DNA of 63,909 nucleotides, counting the filler, from Octopus bimaculoides (Eukaryota): the NCBI RefSeq assembly GCF_001194135.2. It is 7 parts of 5 records of this genome, joined end to end, with 100 filler letters (N's around TTAATTAATTAA, not from the genome) between each part and the next. Parts side by side here need not be neighbours in the genome. Positions count along the whole stretch, not along the records: positions 62,910 to 63,909 come from NW_026411411.1; 6 more parts are not named here. One strand, written 5' to 3'. The position numbers were made by a program, and so were the translations under genes. Positions 63,876 to 63,909 of the stretch are shown piece by piece. The notes below the pieces were generated by a model. The model searched no databases, was not told where the DNA came from, and saw only the letters and a program-made list of their open reading frames with translations. Numbering within the stretch: position 1 is the first letter of the stretch; every line of letters starts with the position of its first letter.

Positions 63876-63909
<34 letters not shown>

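Overview
AT-rich, microsatellite-saturated animal DNA whose SINE families and repeat density point to an octopod cephalopod such as Octopus (inference). Six identical 100-bp spacers (44 N + TTAATTAATTAA + 44 N) split the window into seven assembly pieces, so neighbouring pieces are not proven to be contiguous. The only confidently identified host coding sequence is one internal exon of a KLHL20/diablo-type Kelch gene (61681-61889, +). A few unidentified exon candidates are also present. Most other interpretable sequence is mobile DNA: several tRNA-headed SINE families (CORE-type and others), an RTE-tail repeat, decayed RTE, CR1-group and RLE-type LINEs, two Penelope-like GIY-YIG remnants, and piggyBac-, Tc1/mariner- and hAT-type MITEs. 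The most interesting signals are five candidate type I hammerhead ribozymes, two of them on the arms of a ~190-bp inverted repeat (56766-57455), and a Penelope-like endonuclease whose GIY and YIG motifs are separated by an in-frame ~126-codon low-complexity insert. No rRNA, true tRNA gene or CRISPR array was seen. All family assignments come from manual motif recognition, not database searches.
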